From NCBI GenBank assembly GCA_964528805.1, contig CAZGWS010000003.1:1-42428 (forward strand): a stretch of DNA of 42,428 bases, in the 5' to 3' direction. Below, one piece after another: positions 18,406 to 27,362 of this stretch. A program made the position numbers and the translations under genes. This stretch comes from an uncultured Lentimicrobiaceae bacterium (GTDB lineage: Bacteria > Bacteroidota > Bacteroidia > Bacteroidales > F082). Position 1 is the stretch's first letter, and every line of letters starts with the position of its first letter. The notes beneath the pieces were generated by a model that saw nothing but the letters and a program-made list of their open reading frames with translations, was not told where the DNA came from and searched no databases.

Positions 18406-19401
18406 TTAAGAATTTTTAGCAAGCTTACGCAGAATAACCCATTGCTTTAGCGTTTCTCGCGAATCCTGTGCAGGATAGCCAAGCACGGTCTTCCCTGCGC
18501 CAATATTATTCATAACGCCCGAACCCGCGCCAATTTTGGCCCCAGGTTGAATTATGGTATGTTCTTTAATTGAAACGCCACCGCCAATCTGTGAACCATC
18601 GCCAATAGTAGCCGAGCCGGCAATACCTGTTGTGCCTGCAATAATTACCGATCTACCAATATTGCAATTATGTGCTATCTGAACAAGATTGTCAATTTTA
18701 GTACCATCACCAATTATTGTCGAGCTAAACTTACCCCTGTCAATACAAGTGTTTGCACCTACTTCAACACCATTTCCAATTATTACATTACCTATTTGCG
18801 GAATTTTAACCAATCCATTACCATCTTCACGAGGGAAATAGCCAAAACCATCAGCACCAATGCTTACATTAATATTAAAAATACAGAATTTGCCTATTTG
18901 CGTGCGCTCGCGAATTACCGCCCCCGACCAAAAAATAGTACCCTCGCCAATGGAGCAATCATCTAATATCGTTACGTTGGGGAAAAGTGTTACTGAGTCG
19001 CCCAATGTTACATGTGGTCCCACATAACATCCGGCACCAATTTTACAATTATTTCCTATTACAGCAGTACTATGTACAACTGCTGTTTGATGAATATTTC
19101 TTTCAAATTTAGGTAAACCCGGATTTAAAAGATTAAGTAATTTATTTATTGCATAATCAGTATTTGTAACTTTAATAAATGCACGATTTTCTCCCGGTAG
19201 TATGTCAATTTTTTCATCAACAATAGCTGCACAAGCTTCTGATGTCTCCCAAAGTGAGACAAATTTATGATCAGTAATAAATGTAATATGATTAATATGG
19301 GCTTTATCAATTTGCTCAGCACCGGTAATTTTTTGTTTGGTGTTGCCTATTAAATTACCCAAAACCGCATCGTTTATTTCTGTTATTGTGAATGACTTCA
19401 T
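18406..19401 (-). CDS. lpxD: UDP-3-O-acylglucosamine N-acyltransferase
   Basis: LpxD-type N-terminal domain followed by a long left-handed beta-helix of hexapeptide repeats (IGNNCKIGAGCYVGPHVTLGDSVTLFPNVTI...). 331 aa. Confidence 0.88.
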   Translation of the reverse strand: MKSFTITEINDAVLGNLIGNTKQKITGAEQIDKAHINHITFITDHKFVSLWETSEACAAIVDEKIDILPGENRAFIKVTNTDYAINKLLNLLNPGLPKFERNIHQTAVVHSTAVIGNNCKIGAGCYVGPHVTLGDSVTLFPNVTILDDCSIGEGTIFWSGAVIRERTQIGKFCIFNINVSIGADGFGYFPREDGNGLVKIPQIGNVIIGNGVEVGANTCIDRGKFSSTIIGDGTKIDNLVQIAHNCNIGRSVIIAGTTGIAGSATIGDGSQIGGGVSIKEHTIIQPGAKIGAGSGVMNNIGAGKTVLGYPAQDSRETLKQWVILRKLAKNS

Positions 19402-19475
19402 ATTTTAATTTATTTTTTGCTAATCTAACGCAGATATGTTGCTAAAATTGCTGTTAGAATTAATAATGATGATTA

Positions 19476-19483
19476 CAAAGATA
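19476..19483 (-). promoter_or_regulatory. Candidate -7 promoter box (TATCTTTG on - strand) for lpxD
   Basis: CAAAGATA on the + strand, 74 nt upstream of the lpxD ATG, within a 205-nt gap. Confidence 0.25.
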
Positions 19484-19606
19484 GTTAGCCTGCTACCTAT
19501 CATATCTCACAATTTATACAAAGTTTATAAGGGCAATAACACTTCTGTTAGCAACTACATATGCTATTGGCATTGTTTTACACAACTACTCAAACTCCGA
19601 CAATAA

Positions 19607-21655
19607 TTATTCTACTTTTTTTAGTACAATCATTTCATTATGTTTTACCTCCCACAAATTAAATAATGTTTTTAAATTTTCGTAATCCACAACAGGAAAA
19701 ACCATTTTATTTATTTTGAGTTCTGTTTTAATTTGTAAATTACCACCAATTGACTGATAGTTAATTAGTAAAGATGCTGAGTTGTCGTGAATGGCGACGT
19801 TTCTATTTTGTGGCAGGTCTTCAATTTTATATCCATCCGGAATACTTACCGAATACATGTATGTTATTTTGTACGGGTAATTAAACTCTATCGGGAATTT
19901 ACGTTTTTCGGAAGTTAGTACATTTTTAAATGTTCCGTAAATTGTAAATGGGTTAACATAAAATAGTTTATCATTTTTAATAGAATTAGAAGCAGCAGAA
20001 TAGTTAACCTGTTCTAAAAGCGGTTTATTAGTATTACTCGTATTCATCATTATTTTATTTGACAGATACAGTAAATCATCCTCATTAACCACATCATTAA
20101 AATACGCAGCACTGTCATCTTGCAGCTTTTTTCTTTGAATTGCGGCAGCGTATCCTTTATATCTGAATAGCAGTTTTCCTTTAAGCGAATCGCCATCAAC
20201 AGATACCGTACTCATCACAAATTTATCAAATATTGCGTCAGTAGTAATAGTTAGAAGTTCCGGATTTTTGGGATCAATTACAAAAGCTTTACAGTCAACA
20301 ATATCAGCGGGCGGGAAGTTATAACTGCCATCTTTTGTACTTGCATCTAAAAACATGGTCTTCCCATCTACTTTAAGGATGCAGATTACGTGGTTAAACT
20401 GACTTATAAATGGATATTTTTCGTTAATTGCTCCATGGTCTCGTGTGCTCACAAGTGCCATAACAGGCTTAAATCCTGCACTTTTTAGAAACCCTGCTAA
20501 GAATAAATTAATCTCAGCTGATGAACCCACGGATGCTTCGTAAATATCTTTCATATTTTTTGTGGCGACTGTTCGCCAGCTATTATTACACAAAAAGTAA
20601 TCTCGAACATAGTTATAGCAGCTCATTATTTTATCATTGGCAGCCTCTGATTTTTTCCAAACATGGGAAAGCTTTGCATATAACCCACTATTTTTATTAA
20701 TAATTCTACCAAACTGATCGTCAAATTTATAGTCGTTGGCAAGAAGCTTCCATGTACTTATTATTTTAATGTTAGAATTTGTTGAAGCATTATAGACCTC
20801 ACTTATTTGGATCATCACCTGAGTTCTGAAATTCCTCATTGACATTACGAATGGTTCGTCGGGTAAACCAGGGATGCTGTCTAATTCGTAAGCATAAACT
20901 TTGTTGTGCAATATCCCTGAATTTATTGATGATAATGTGCTTTCGCTAAACTTAATTTTATCTTTAAGAAGTCCTTTTTTAATTACTGCATATGATTTTC
21001 TATCAGGGAAGCTAATGCGGTACTCACTGTGTAGGCAGGGGTTTTCCGATTGAAAATACCAATTTTCAACAGTAAAGATATTCCTTTTTATTATAGTGTA
21101 CTTATATTCCACTATTGAGCCTACCTTAACGTTTGGCATAGCGAAAGTAACTTTACCATAGTGGGCAACATCAGAGTAATCCTGAACAAAAATTTGGTCG
21201 TTTTGTAATTTTCCTGCAACAATATTACCATTAGCATCCAGATTATAAACGGCTCCTTCAATATCACGAACTTCGTTTCCACCTCGTCCTGACTTATATG
21301 CACCGGAAAATGACTTTTTTACGGTACTTTTTCCACTCGAACCAGAGAAAAAAGCAATAGATATATTAGCCCTGTCTATCCCCCCTTTTTCTAAAACAAT
21401 AAATCGTACATGGAAATCGAAATGTGTTTCATAATAGCTATCGGTTTCACTAACATAAGTTTGTCCATACCTACAAATCGTAACAGACGTAGCATCAGGC
21501 GAATACGAGGGTACTGTAATATTAAAATCGCTTTTTGCAATACTCCCCCACTTTATTGGAGATGGATTTATGCCCTCTCGTTGTGCTTTAAGGTTAATAC
21601 ATAGGAACATTATCAAAAAGATAAAAAAAGTTGATGTAAATATATTTTTTTGCAT
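19607..21655 (-). CDS. DUF3857 / transglutaminase-fold / DUF3858-type exported protein, Ser-type core
   Basis: 682 aa with a signal-like N-terminus. The core segment VGSSAEINLFLAGFLKSAGF...QFNHVICIL...MFLDAS aligns without gaps to the upstream paralogue. Confidence 0.7.
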   Translation of the reverse strand: MQKNIFTSTFFIFLIMFLCINLKAQREGINPSPIKWGSIAKSDFNITVPSYSPDATSVTICRYGQTYVSETDSYYETHFDFHVRFIVLEKGGIDRANISIAFFSGSSGKSTVKKSFSGAYKSGRGGNEVRDIEGAVYNLDANGNIVAGKLQNDQIFVQDYSDVAHYGKVTFAMPNVKVGSIVEYKYTIIKRNIFTVENWYFQSENPCLHSEYRISFPDRKSYAVIKKGLLKDKIKFSESTLSSINSGILHNKVYAYELDSIPGLPDEPFVMSMRNFRTQVMIQISEVYNASTNSNIKIISTWKLLANDYKFDDQFGRIINKNSGLYAKLSHVWKKSEAANDKIMSCYNYVRDYFLCNNSWRTVATKNMKDIYEASVGSSAEINLFLAGFLKSAGFKPVMALVSTRDHGAINEKYPFISQFNHVICILKVDGKTMFLDASTKDGSYNFPPADIVDCKAFVIDPKNPELLTITTDAIFDKFVMSTVSVDGDSLKGKLLFRYKGYAAAIQRKKLQDDSAAYFNDVVNEDDLLYLSNKIMMNTSNTNKPLLEQVNYSAASNSIKNDKLFYVNPFTIYGTFKNVLTSEKRKFPIEFNYPYKITYMYSVSIPDGYKIEDLPQNRNVAIHDNSASLLINYQSIGGNLQIKTELKINKMVFPVVDYENLKTLFNLWEVKHNEMIVLKKVE

Positions 21656-21680
21656 TTTTATACGCTTAATTTATAATACG

Positions 21681-23636
21681 TTAATCACTTTTAATAAGTA
21701 CTATTTTCTGATTATCAGCAGTTTCAATGTCTGTTGCAAATTTTTTAAAATTATTAAAACTCGTTTTTGGGAATTCCCCTTTATTTACTTCAAGATTTCT
21801 GATGTAAATTACCTTAGTACTATCAACAACAAATTGAGTTGAGTAACTGCCAAATTCTGATGATATATTAGCTGCTGCCGGAAGAGATTCAATACTGATA
21901 CCCACTGGCAATTTGTAGGTAATGCTATCGCTTTCCATAAACGCATGCTTTAATACAATTTTATTTCTGCGCTCTCCTGCGTGCTTAAATCGGAGACTAA
22001 ACTTATTTAGCATATTTACATCGAATATAAGCCGCATGCCAAGTTTTGATGCATATGAATTTACCGTTAGGTCAATCTTTTCATTAACAAATGGAAGCAT
22101 ACTTTTATTCTCGGAAAATGAATAATTAATAATCTTAAAACTTGGAATATTTATTTTATCAGCTACATTGTCAATTCTTTCTTTATCACTACTCATAATA
22201 ATGGGAATCAACATGTTATAGTAGATTCCGCTATTAAAATCACTTATAGTTGCTGTTGCATTTCCATTCTCATCAATAGTAATATTTGCAACAGTATTTT
22301 TAAAGTTTTCAGTTTTATTATAGGTACGAGTACGGACAATTTTACCACCATCATCATTAATAAGAAGCACATCACGGTCATCCGTAAAACCATTGATATA
22401 GCCAAAAGGATTCTGCTGGTTTGTGCACTCTAACCAAACTGTATCTGTTTTAATAGGAACGCACAAGATAGCATGGTTAAACTGTGCTGACGGGAATTCT
22501 GTAATCATTTTTGATGCTGAATATCCGGCATGTACCAACGTGTAATACGACTTAATATCAGCGACTTGCAAAATTGAATACATATAATTTGAAAGTGCTT
22601 TGCAGTCGCCGTATGAGAATTTATCAACATCCTCTGCCAATATTGGCTGCCATCCACCTATGCCCATTTGTATGCTAACGTATCTTGTTCTATTTTGCAT
22701 CCACTTATAAAGCATTCTTGTAGTTTCAAGTTTAGTTAGTGTGTCTGATAACATAGACGTAATTTCCTTTTTGGTAGCTTCTGGTAGCTCACTTCTGTTT
22801 TTATTTAATTTAGATATCCACAAGCCGAAATCATGCCAGCTATTAAAATTACCTTCTACGTTTTCAATTGAAAATTTTGAAGGGGCAGTAACCACTAAGG
22901 GAGATGTTTCGTACAATGACAGGCTATATACTTCATACTTCACAGCTTGAATATTATTAACTTTCCAACTAACGGTAACATTCCCATTATAAGTTGATTT
23001 AAAGGGTGCTACATCAAAATTACGTTGGTAATATCTGAGCGGCATATTTTGTGGTGATGTTATCGTAAATGATGAATTTTGGATTGACACTTTATACGCC
23101 GGATAAACTAACCAATAAGGAGTATATAGGAATCCATCAAAAGTTTCGTCATACCAATACTCAATAGTAAATGGAACGGTCCTATATTCCGGATTTATAA
23201 GCTTTAGTCTGGCGTCAGAAAAAAGCGTACCACCTGAGATGGCACTTATGTCCTTAATATCGTCCTTACTTATTTTTTTTACAATGTTACCAAATTCGTC
23301 ATAGATAATAAATTTAATGTTATTAATTTTTGTAAATTTATTATATACTTCATTAAAAATTGAGAGCTTGATAGCCTTTTTATTAAGGATTGAAGTAACC
23401 TGATGAACATGCAAAACGGCACTAGATAATGATGTGCATGTAAAGACCATTTCCTGATTTCTTACAACCGCAAATGCTCCCGATTTTAGCTCTTTTGGAA
23501 TACTGCTAATTAAATAGTTAACGGCATTATCAGCAGTAGCACAAAAACTAATTAGCTGAAATACAAGCACTAATAGCGAAATAATAAGATATCTCCACAA
23601 CTTAAAAAGATTATTTTTCATAACTAATCTATACAT
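21681..23636 (-). CDS. DUF3857 / transglutaminase-like / DUF3858-type exported protein, Cys-type core
   Basis: 651 aa with a hydrophobic N-terminus. Transglutaminase-core motif YGDCKALSNYMYSIL (Cys345; I verified the TGC codon at 22602..22604), then QFNHAIL (His388) and VWLECT (Glu403). Confidence 0.75.
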   Translation of the reverse strand: MYRLVMKNNLFKLWRYLIISLLVLVFQLISFCATADNAVNYLISSIPKELKSGAFAVVRNQEMVFTCTSLSSAVLHVHQVTSILNKKAIKLSIFNEVYNKFTKINNIKFIIYDEFGNIVKKISKDDIKDISAISGGTLFSDARLKLINPEYRTVPFTIEYWYDETFDGFLYTPYWLVYPAYKVSIQNSSFTITSPQNMPLRYYQRNFDVAPFKSTYNGNVTVSWKVNNIQAVKYEVYSLSLYETSPLVVTAPSKFSIENVEGNFNSWHDFGLWISKLNKNRSELPEATKKEITSMLSDTLTKLETTRMLYKWMQNRTRYVSIQMGIGGWQPILAEDVDKFSYGDCKALSNYMYSILQVADIKSYYTLVHAGYSASKMITEFPSAQFNHAILCVPIKTDTVWLECTNQQNPFGYINGFTDDRDVLLINDDGGKIVRTRTYNKTENFKNTVANITIDENGNATATISDFNSGIYYNMLIPIIMSSDKERIDNVADKINIPSFKIINYSFSENKSMLPFVNEKIDLTVNSYASKLGMRLIFDVNMLNKFSLRFKHAGERRNKIVLKHAFMESDSITYKLPVGISIESLPAAANISSEFGSYSTQFVVDSTKVIYIRNLEVNKGEFPKTSFNNFKKFATDIETADNQKIVLIKSD

Positions 23637-23704
23637 TAGATATTTTTAAAACAATTGTTTAATAAGTGCTTGCTAAAATTAATACAATGGTTACAGCATG
23701 ATTT

Positions 23705-23815
23705 TTACTTATCATTTTCCTTTTTAGGTTTTTTAGTAAACTTGTAAAAGACCCACACGAAGCCTCCTATGATATGCAGAATTACTATTGCAAATATAAT
23801 ATATGCTAATGTCAT
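23705..23815 (-). CDS. Candidate 36-aa single-pass membrane peptide (not in ORF track)
   Basis: My own - strand translation gives MTLAYIIFAIVILHIIGGFVWVFYKFTKKPKKENDK-stop. It has one hydrophobic helix and a Lys-rich tail. The ATG lies 11 nt after the stop of the upstream beta-barrel gene. Confidence 0.3.
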   Translation of the reverse strand: MTLAYIIFAIVILHIIGGFVWVFYKFTKKPKKENDK

Positions 23816-23826
23816 ATTTTAGATAG

Positions 23827-24522
23827 CTAAAATGAATATGAAATGCCTACATCTACTGATAAAGCACCAACATGAGCATCCTGATTAATTTCTTTACTAT
23901 TTCGTTTATAAACAAATGGCACTGTTGAACCAATATATGAAAAACTAAGATGTAAATTAATATGATCGTTTACAATTACTCTTGCACCTGCAGATGCCAT
24001 AATAGCAAAAATTGTTTCATTTGTGCTTGTTTCGTAATAATCTACCGACGAAAATTCAGTTGTTGTTTTTATAAGAGCTGCAGGTTTATAAACATTACGT
24101 AAACCGCCAAACATTTTTAACATAACTGAGAAATATTTGTTTACCGGAATATCGAATACCATACCTACAAGTCCCGAAAAATCACGAAACGACTCACTCT
24201 CAGCTGTTACAGTTTTGAAAGCCTCACTTGATTTTAGATAACCCTGCGATAATTTATCGGTATTTACAGGGTTTACGCTGTAGTTAACAATAAAGCCTAC
24301 TCCGGCATGAAACGAGTAAAAATAATCAGCTTCAACTTTTATATTTGTCCCGATTTTAGCATAACTTGTGAGGGTCAAACCGCTTAAACTCCCTAAGTCG
24401 TAAGCAGGCAGGGCAACTCCCATCTGCAGAGTTACTAACCCATGCTGGTAGATGTACTCTTGCGCAACTGTAGTTTTGCTTACAGATAAAATAAGAATTA
24501 ATATTGCAATAATTTGTTTCAA
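23827..24522 (-). CDS. Outer-membrane beta-barrel protein (OmpW/porin-like small barrel)
   Basis: Signal peptide MKQIIAILILILSVSKTTVAQE, alternating hydrophobic strands, and a C-terminal ...GISYSF with terminal Phe. Confidence 0.65.
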   Translation of the reverse strand: MKQIIAILILILSVSKTTVAQEYIYQHGLVTLQMGVALPAYDLGSLSGLTLTSYAKIGTNIKVEADYFYSFHAGVGFIVNYSVNPVNTDKLSQGYLKSSEAFKTVTAESESFRDFSGLVGMVFDIPVNKYFSVMLKMFGGLRNVYKPAALIKTTTEFSSVDYYETSTNETIFAIMASAGARVIVNDHINLHLSFSYIGSTVPFVYKRNSKEINQDAHVGALSVDVGISYSF

Positions 24523-24570
24523 ATAGAAGTTATTTTACATTAGTAGTTTAATTTAGTAATTGACAACATA

Positions 24571-25758
24571 TTATTGAAAAGTAGCTGTTAAGCGTGCCAT
24601 TGCTTCAACAACAACCGAACGAGGTGCAGCAAGATTTAAGCGTTGAAACCCCTTGCCTCCCGGTCCGAAAACAGGACCCGGACTTAACCCCAACTTCGCC
24701 TTCTTTATTAGTTTATCCTTGATCTTCTTATCGTTAAATCCGGTATCTCTAAAGTCGAGCCATGCCAAATAAGTTGCCTCAGCTGCTATAAGTTTCACGT
24801 CAGAATTAGCATTTTGTAGTGCTTGTTTTACTTCTGCAAAATTACCGGCAACATATTTCATTAATTCATCAACCCATTGTGAGCCATATTTGTAGCCGGC
24901 CTCCGATGCAACAGCCCCAAATAAGTTTCCATTTGACAGGTGAAAGCCATCTACTATTTTTTTAAATTTATTTCGTAATTTTTGGTTTGATATTATTATT
25001 GAAGACGTTGCCAAACCTGCTATATTAAAAGTTTTGCTTGGGGCAATACATGTTATGGTGATGTCGGCAATTTCTTGTGATATAGATGCAATACATGTAT
25101 GGTTATTACCGGGCAATATTAAGTCGTTATGAATTTCATCAGAAACTATTATTACGTTGTTACGAAGACATATCTCTCCTATTTTTGTCAGTTCCTCTGC
25201 GGTCCAAACCCTGCCTACAGGATTGTGTGGATTGGAAATAAAGAACATAGAAGCACTTTTTGCCTTCTTCTCAAAGTCCTCAAAATTAATATAATATCTA
25301 TCTTTATCTATAATTAGATTATTATTTAATCGCTTCCTGTTATTAAGAGTAATGGCACTAAAAAAAGGGAAATAAACAGGAGGTTGAACTATTACGCCAT
25401 CGCCTACGGAAGTAAATGCAAGTGTTGAAAAGTTTAATGCCGGTACAACACCGGGACTAAAAACTATCCAATCATTTTTTATTTCCCAATTATGCCTTTG
25501 TTGAACCCAGCTTGTAATTGACCGGTAGTATGAATCGGGACGAAACGAGTAGCCATAAATAGAATGCTCAACACGTTTTTTAAGAGCATTTTTAATAAAA
25601 TCAGGAGTTTCGAAATCCATATCTGCAACCCACATTGGCAGTACATCATCTTGTTTAAAAATATTGTTACGAAGATCATATTTTACAGAAGCTGTATTTT
25701 CTCTATTAATAACTTTATCGAAATTATAATTAATATTAGTTTTTTTATTATTTAGCAT
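24571..25758 (-). CDS. PLP-dependent C-S lyase / aminotransferase, MalY-PatB type
   Basis: Class I/II aminotransferase layout with the PLP-lysine motif APSKTFNIAGL, plus SNPHNPVGRVW and DEIHNDL. 395 aa. Confidence 0.8.
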   Translation of the reverse strand: MLNNKKTNINYNFDKVINRENTASVKYDLRNNIFKQDDVLPMWVADMDFETPDFIKNALKKRVEHSIYGYSFRPDSYYRSITSWVQQRHNWEIKNDWIVFSPGVVPALNFSTLAFTSVGDGVIVQPPVYFPFFSAITLNNRKRLNNNLIIDKDRYYINFEDFEKKAKSASMFFISNPHNPVGRVWTAEELTKIGEICLRNNVIIVSDEIHNDLILPGNNHTCIASISQEIADITITCIAPSKTFNIAGLATSSIIISNQKLRNKFKKIVDGFHLSNGNLFGAVASEAGYKYGSQWVDELMKYVAGNFAEVKQALQNANSDVKLIAAEATYLAWLDFRDTGFNDKKIKDKLIKKAKLGLSPGPVFGPGGKGFQRLNLAAPRSVVVEAMARLTATFQ

Positions 25759-26072
25759 GAATCTGGCGCATTTAATTTTTTATTGATCAGAGACGAAATA
25801 AATCAATGTTATTTTTCTCTGTGAAATTCAATGTCTTTTTTTTTAAATTGTTCTTTGTGAACTTTAAAGGCAATAAATGAATCTCATATATATAAACAAT
25901 GTGTGAATAAATAGCTATCACGCAAGGCTACTTACAGAAGCGCAAATATTAAATAATAATATTAGTATCCATATCATTATAACTTTTCAGCACGTCAATT
26001 TGTAACTAAATTAGTAGTGCGAAATACGCCTGTGTTTATTAGATTTAGGTTTGCCAACATATTAAAATAAGT

Positions 26073-27194
26073 TTACTGCGTCAGCATTACAGGCATAATG
26101 AGCATAAGTACATCTTCCGGATCGTTTTCTTCTCTTTCTGTAATAATTATTCCTGCTCTGTTGGGTGCAGATAATTCAATAATAACAGTTTCGGGTTCGA
26201 GGGTACTAAGCATTTCCTGAATAAAACGTGAATTAAATCCTATTTCGATATCTTCACCTTCATAGCTGCATGTCAGCCGTTCTTTAGCTTCGCTTGAAAA
26301 GTCGAGATCTTCAGCTGTAAGCAATAGTTCTTTACCTGATATTTTAAATCTAACCTGATGAGTAGATTTACTCCCAAATATTGAAACTCTGCGAATTGCA
26401 TTAAGCAGAATTTTTCTGTCAACCGACAAGTTAAACGGATTTTGTGTAGGAATAACAGCTTCATAATTAGGATATTTACCTTCAATAAGCCTACATATCA
26501 ACACAATATTACCAAATTTAACACGAGCATTTGTATCATTAAAATCAAAGTCAACAACAACTTCATCGTCTTCGGGCATAATATTTTTAAGATGAGTGAG
26601 GGGCTTTTTAGGTAGTATTATTGATGCAGGTTCATCTAATTTAATATCATGGCGGCGATATCTTACAAGTTTGTGAGCATCGGTTGCCACAAAGGTAAGG
26701 CTACTTTCGGTAACTTCAAACAACACCCCTGACATCACCGGTCGCAACTCATCATTTCCGGTAGCAAAAAGGGTTTTGTCAAAAGCATTAACAAGCAATG
26801 CGGAGTTCAGTTGCAACTTGATAGCATTATCCATCTCAGGTAATTGAGGAAAATCATCACTTTTATGACCTACCAGCTTATATTTACCTTCGCCGGCAAA
26901 TATTTCAATACTTGTATCGTTAATTGCCATTGTTACAGGAACATTTGGCAGCGATTTCATTATATCTAAAAGCATTTTTGCCGGTATAGCAATAACGCCT
27001 GAATCTTCTGACATATCGGTGTTCAGCGTTACAGATATTGTTGTTTCCAAATCGGAAGCGGTAATACACAACACATCATTGTTAAGTTCAAACAGGAAGT
27101 CTTCAAGGATTGGCAATGTATTATTCGTTCCTAAAACGCCACTTATTTTTTGCAGACCCCGTAGCAAGGTGGTACTTGATATAATAAATTTCAT
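26073..27194 (-). CDS. dnaN: DNA polymerase III beta sliding clamp
   Basis: 373 aa. N-terminus MKFIISSTTLLRGLQKISGV..., then TDAHKLVRY, LIEGKYPNYEAVIP and a C-terminal LIMPVML. Three-domain length. Confidence 0.93.
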   Translation of the reverse strand: MKFIISSTTLLRGLQKISGVLGTNNTLPILEDFLFELNNDVLCITASDLETTISVTLNTDMSEDSGVIAIPAKMLLDIMKSLPNVPVTMAINDTSIEIFAGEGKYKLVGHKSDDFPQLPEMDNAIKLQLNSALLVNAFDKTLFATGNDELRPVMSGVLFEVTESSLTFVATDAHKLVRYRRHDIKLDEPASIILPKKPLTHLKNIMPEDDEVVVDFDFNDTNARVKFGNIVLICRLIEGKYPNYEAVIPTQNPFNLSVDRKILLNAIRRVSIFGSKSTHQVRFKISGKELLLTAEDLDFSSEAKERLTCSYEGEDIEIGFNSRFIQEMLSTLEPETVIIELSAPNRAGIIITEREENDPEDVLMLIMPVMLTQ

Positions 27195-27362
27195 GTTCTG
27201 ATAAAATTAGTTATTCTGATATTTTTCTGTATAAATAAAGCTATGAATTTTACAGGTATTATCTTGTTTCAACAGGATAAATTCATCAAAAATTCTCACT
27301 TCACATTAGGGAGTAAAATTATGAAAAAAAACGACACATGTTCAGATGATGAGCTCTAAATT

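Noticed and set aside
21570-21842. A 90-aa + strand ORF bridging the junction of the two transglutaminase-fold genes.
   Set aside because: It is antisense to both genes, composed almost entirely of I/K/F/N codons from AT-rich sequence, and has no start context.
25759-26072. The 314-nt gap downstream of dnaN, considered as a possible oriC or riboswitch. It contains DnaA-box-like 9-mers TGTGAATAA (25902..25910, 8/9 match) and GTATCCATA (25965..25973, 7/9 match), and a T9 run at 25836..25844.
   Set aside because: There are only two imperfect boxes, no cluster, no adjacent dnaA, and no recognisable AT-rich unwinding repeats. Matches of 7-8 out of 9 are expected by chance in AT-rich DNA. I also see no GC-rich paired elements resembling SAM or other riboswitches upstream of the PatB-type gene. 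The T9 run is unremarkable at this base composition.
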